Source: Schmidtea polychroa
Lineage: Eukaryota
NCBI GenBank assembly: GCA_044892525.1
Contig: CM097885.1
Coordinates: 36,582,001 to 36,646,000, forward strand
DNA: 64,000 nt
Direction: 5' to 3'
This document shows, in pieces, positions 60,122 to 64,000 of this stretch (positions are counted from its first letter, which is position 1; each line of letters opens with the position of its first letter). Below the pieces are notes generated by a model. It ran no database searches. It saw only the letters and a list, made by a program, of their open reading frames with translations, and was not told where the DNA came from. The translations under genes and the position numbers were made by a program.

Positions 60122-61985
60122 AACTAATTGAAAATTGCTTAAAAATAAAACTTAAAATTAATTAAAATTAAAATCAATATGAAATATAAAATAAATTTAT
60201 TTTTCCTTATTCTTAAAATCAATAAATAATGATCATAATCACTTGAAAAAAGGCTGTGCCAAAAGTTTGTGAATATCAAAAAAAATATCGATATTTTTTT
60301 ACTGAATCAATTCAATTTATTATTAATAAAAAAAATAATAATGAATCAAATTTGATATTTTTTTAATATCTATTTTTATTCTTTTTAATTGTTTATTGTT
60401 TAATTAAATATTTAAAAATTTGAACTATTATAAAATCTTTAAATGCCAAAGAGGAAGCTCAATAATAATAATTTTTTAGTACCTTTTTGGTGACATTACA
60501 ATTTTTAATAATATAATTATAATACAATATTTTAATAATACAAATTTAAACAATACTTTTAAAAATAAATTAAAAATAAATAATAATAAAATACTTTATG
60601 AAAAGCTTTTGTTGATATATATTCATAAAAGTATTTAAGTTACAAAAAAAGTATTAAAAATATTTATATTTTTTATATTTTATAAGAATAACATTTCGTT
60701 GCGTGTATCCTTTTGGCATTGGTTTGAAATCAATAATAATTGAAAATGTCCAAAGAAAGTTAATTTAATCTGATAAATTTATACAGGTTTTAATCTACAG
60801 GTCTATACAATTGGTACATGCAGGGTCAGTTCTATAATTTTAAAGCTCTTTAAACTTCAAAATTTATTATAAACAATATTAAAACTTAGAAGATTGTTTT
60901 ACTTGAACTAAACATTTCATTCTATATAAATATACTATCAGTTAAAATAACATTTTTTACATTTGTTTATAATTATATTTACTTTTAAATATAATTATTA
61001 TTTACATATAATTAAATATAATAAATAATTAATTGATTCTTACAATAACAATTTATTTTTCTAATTAAATTATTCTAATAATAAATTTGGTTAAAATGTT
61101 ATTTAAATCAGATGTCCTTAAAATCATGTCATTGCGCGTCTCTAAGATAAATGGTACTTTCTTAAAACCCTTTATTTTGTTACTTAATTAACAAAATAAA
61201 CTTTTAAATATATATTTATCTTTTATTACATTTTATGATAATTCACTTCTTTCTGTTAAATAAAATTTGGCATTTAACATAAAATATGTTTACATTATAA
61301 AATTTTCTTTTATATAAATGTAACTGCAATTATTTTATTATAAAAAATTAATAGTGGTTTGTAATTTGTTTCGTATGTAAAGTTTTATAATAATAATACT
61401 TTAACCGTTTTCAGATTAAAAAAATTTTGTTTACTATTTAATTATCGCCTTAAATATAACTTAAATATAATTTAAATATAACTATTTAAATTTAATAAAA
61501 TACTATCTAATTATAATGAGTAACCATCTAAATTTAATACATTTATACCTAATTTAATACTTTATTATCTAAATTAATAAGAATGTATCGAAAACAATAT
61601 TTATGTATATTATTTAATTAATTGATATCTAAAATAATATTTTCGCGACTAATTTAAAAAATCTCTATCTAAAAATAAGTTAATTATTATAATATATATT
61701 TTTATCAGTTAGTGTATTATCAAATACTTTATCAGCTTTATTTATTGTCTATTTTTCAATATTTATAATACCAACTTTATTTTTGAAAATTAATCGTGCA
61801 ACTAAGTTGATAGTGCTCATCCTATGGTCCAGAAAATGATTTGATTTTTATGGTAACATTTAAAAGTAATAAAGGAAATGTTTTAATCCTTTTTTAGTAT
61901 ACAAACAGTATATTTCATAGTATAAAAGAACAAAGAGCAGGTTTTCTATCAAGTTTTATTATATTTATGGTTACAATCCTATTTC

Positions 61986-62164
<179 letters not shown>

Positions 62165-63186
62165 TTCAAGGTCAGTATTAAAGAAATTCAAACTCAAATC
62201 TAATATTTTTTTAAATAATTTATTAAAATAAAATTTCATGTTAACATATTATTTGAAGAATTTGTTCAAAAATTCATTTCATAAAACAAAATAATTAAAG
62301 TTTGATTGATTTCAGTAATTTCTCATTAAATTAATCACTTTCAATCCGTTGATTAGATAAAGGATTTGATTTCAATCGGGTTGATTAATTAAAAATTATT
62401 ATTAATGACAAGATAATACTTGAACCAATAATTCGATAAATTGAAATTTATTTCATGTGCTTCCATAATTATCAATTGATTAAAAATTATTAATTATTGA
62501 TTTTTTCATTTCAATTATTTGTTTGAAATAAAGTTTTATTTTTTTATTGAAACATTTTATAAATATTTGACACATCAACCTTTAATACAAATGTTTCCAA
62601 ATGAAAGTTCTAGTGAAAGGGTGGTTTTGAGCTTATTTGGCTTCAGCAGTTTGAAAAATCAAACTTTGCAATAAAATTCTATAATCTCACCATTCCGCCA
62701 TTAGGCGAAAAAAATATCACAGAAAAAATATTACATACTTGACTTGTGATATACAAATTTTAAATTAAATCTTTTTGCTAAAATGAAATATTAGAACATA
62801 AAACATTTAAAAAACATTTTACATCATTACTTTATAAATTAAACGCTAAAGGTAATCGGATACACTTGTAAACACTTTCTGTGTATCGACCAATGTTTTA
62901 GTCCGCAGAAGAGAATATGATTTTCATACATCATGTTTACATGTTTGCAGATTTTCTGTTACCAAGCTAAAAAGCAAGCGATGTAATTATCAGTGTAACA
63001 GCGAAAGTATACATTCAATCAACAATGTTGTATACTTACCTGGCTGCAATGAGAAATATTCGGGTCTCCTGGATAATACTGATGAGAGTCAAAACCTTGA
63101 AATTAGTCTACTACTGGGATCTGCACAAAGATTGTGCTATTTATTTTAAAGTGTAATACATCCGACAAAATAATTTTAAATCGTCA

Positions 63187-63492
<306 letters not shown>

Positions 63493-63543
63493 AGTATTAT
63501 TATAGTAGTATTATTATATTATAGTAGTATTATAGTATTATTA

Positions 63544-64000
63544 GGGTGCAGAGATGACGGGCAGTCTCTCCAATGTATATGGCATTACACCCATTACATG
63601 AAAATTGATACACAAGCTCAGAACACAAACCAATTGGCGTTGGACATTTACTAGTAAACATACTGCTAACTTTGCAAGAAGTGGAAAATTTAAATTCAGA
63701 GAATTTAAACATAAAATTCTCAAATATGTAGACAAGGATCAATTCAGGATTGTTTCCACTTCTTGCAAAGTTAGCAGTATGTTTACTAGTAAATGTCCAA
63801 CGCCAATTGGTTTGTGTTCTGAGCTTGTGTATCAATTTTCATGTAATGGGTGTAATGCCATATACATTGGAGAGACTGCCCGTCATCTCTGCACCCGAGT
63901 TCTTGAACACTGTCGACCAAAAGGATTGACTAATATTAGTAATCATGTTAGGAAATGTGTCAGTAAAAAAATAGGTATCTCTGATTTTAAAATTATTTCA
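63544..64000 (+). mobile_element. PLE family A fragment with a 145-bp inverted duplication of coding sequence; runs off the window end
   Basis: From ~63689 (+): FKFREFKHKILKYVDKDQFRIVSTSCKVSSMFTSKCPTPIGLCSELVYQFSCNGCNAIYIGETARHLCTRVLEHCRPK. Segment 63544-63688 is the reverse complement of 63753-63897. Confidence 0.92.

Noticed and set aside
63032..63043. ATACTTACCTGG, identical to the U1 snRNA 5' end
   Set aside because: No U1 stem-loop I (GATCACGAAG) or Sm site follows. It is better read as the complement of a splice donor, or chance.

Overview
This is very AT-rich animal genomic DNA with many (AAT)n/(ATT)n and (TA)n microsatellites. The style resembles planarian or other AT-rich invertebrate genomes, but the taxon cannot be proven from the sequence. 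One clear host coding exon is present (12919-13630, +): a signal peptide plus a laminin-G/LNS domain of neurexin-superfamily type, ending at a GT donor. A few weaker candidate exons lie downstream. The rest is mostly decayed mobile DNA: two hAT transposase remnants, two hAT MITEs with 8-bp TSDs, a Ginger-like element, a 4-kb internally deleted Polinton/Maverick with TIRs and a perfect 6-bp TSD, a Ty3/Gypsy RNase H fragment, a TTAA-flanked element containing a Tc1 fragment, and a proteasome alpha-6 gene fragment. The dominant theme is Penelope-like retroelements (PLEs) and short foldback repeats sitting in microsatellites. Three repeat families each carry a minimal type-I hammerhead-ribozyme-like motif near the 3' end. 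Family A has the canonical CUGANGA core. Families B and C have a UUGANAA core, i.e. the C3-G8 pair swapped to U3-A8. Most ORFs in the supplied track are microsatellite or antisense artefacts.
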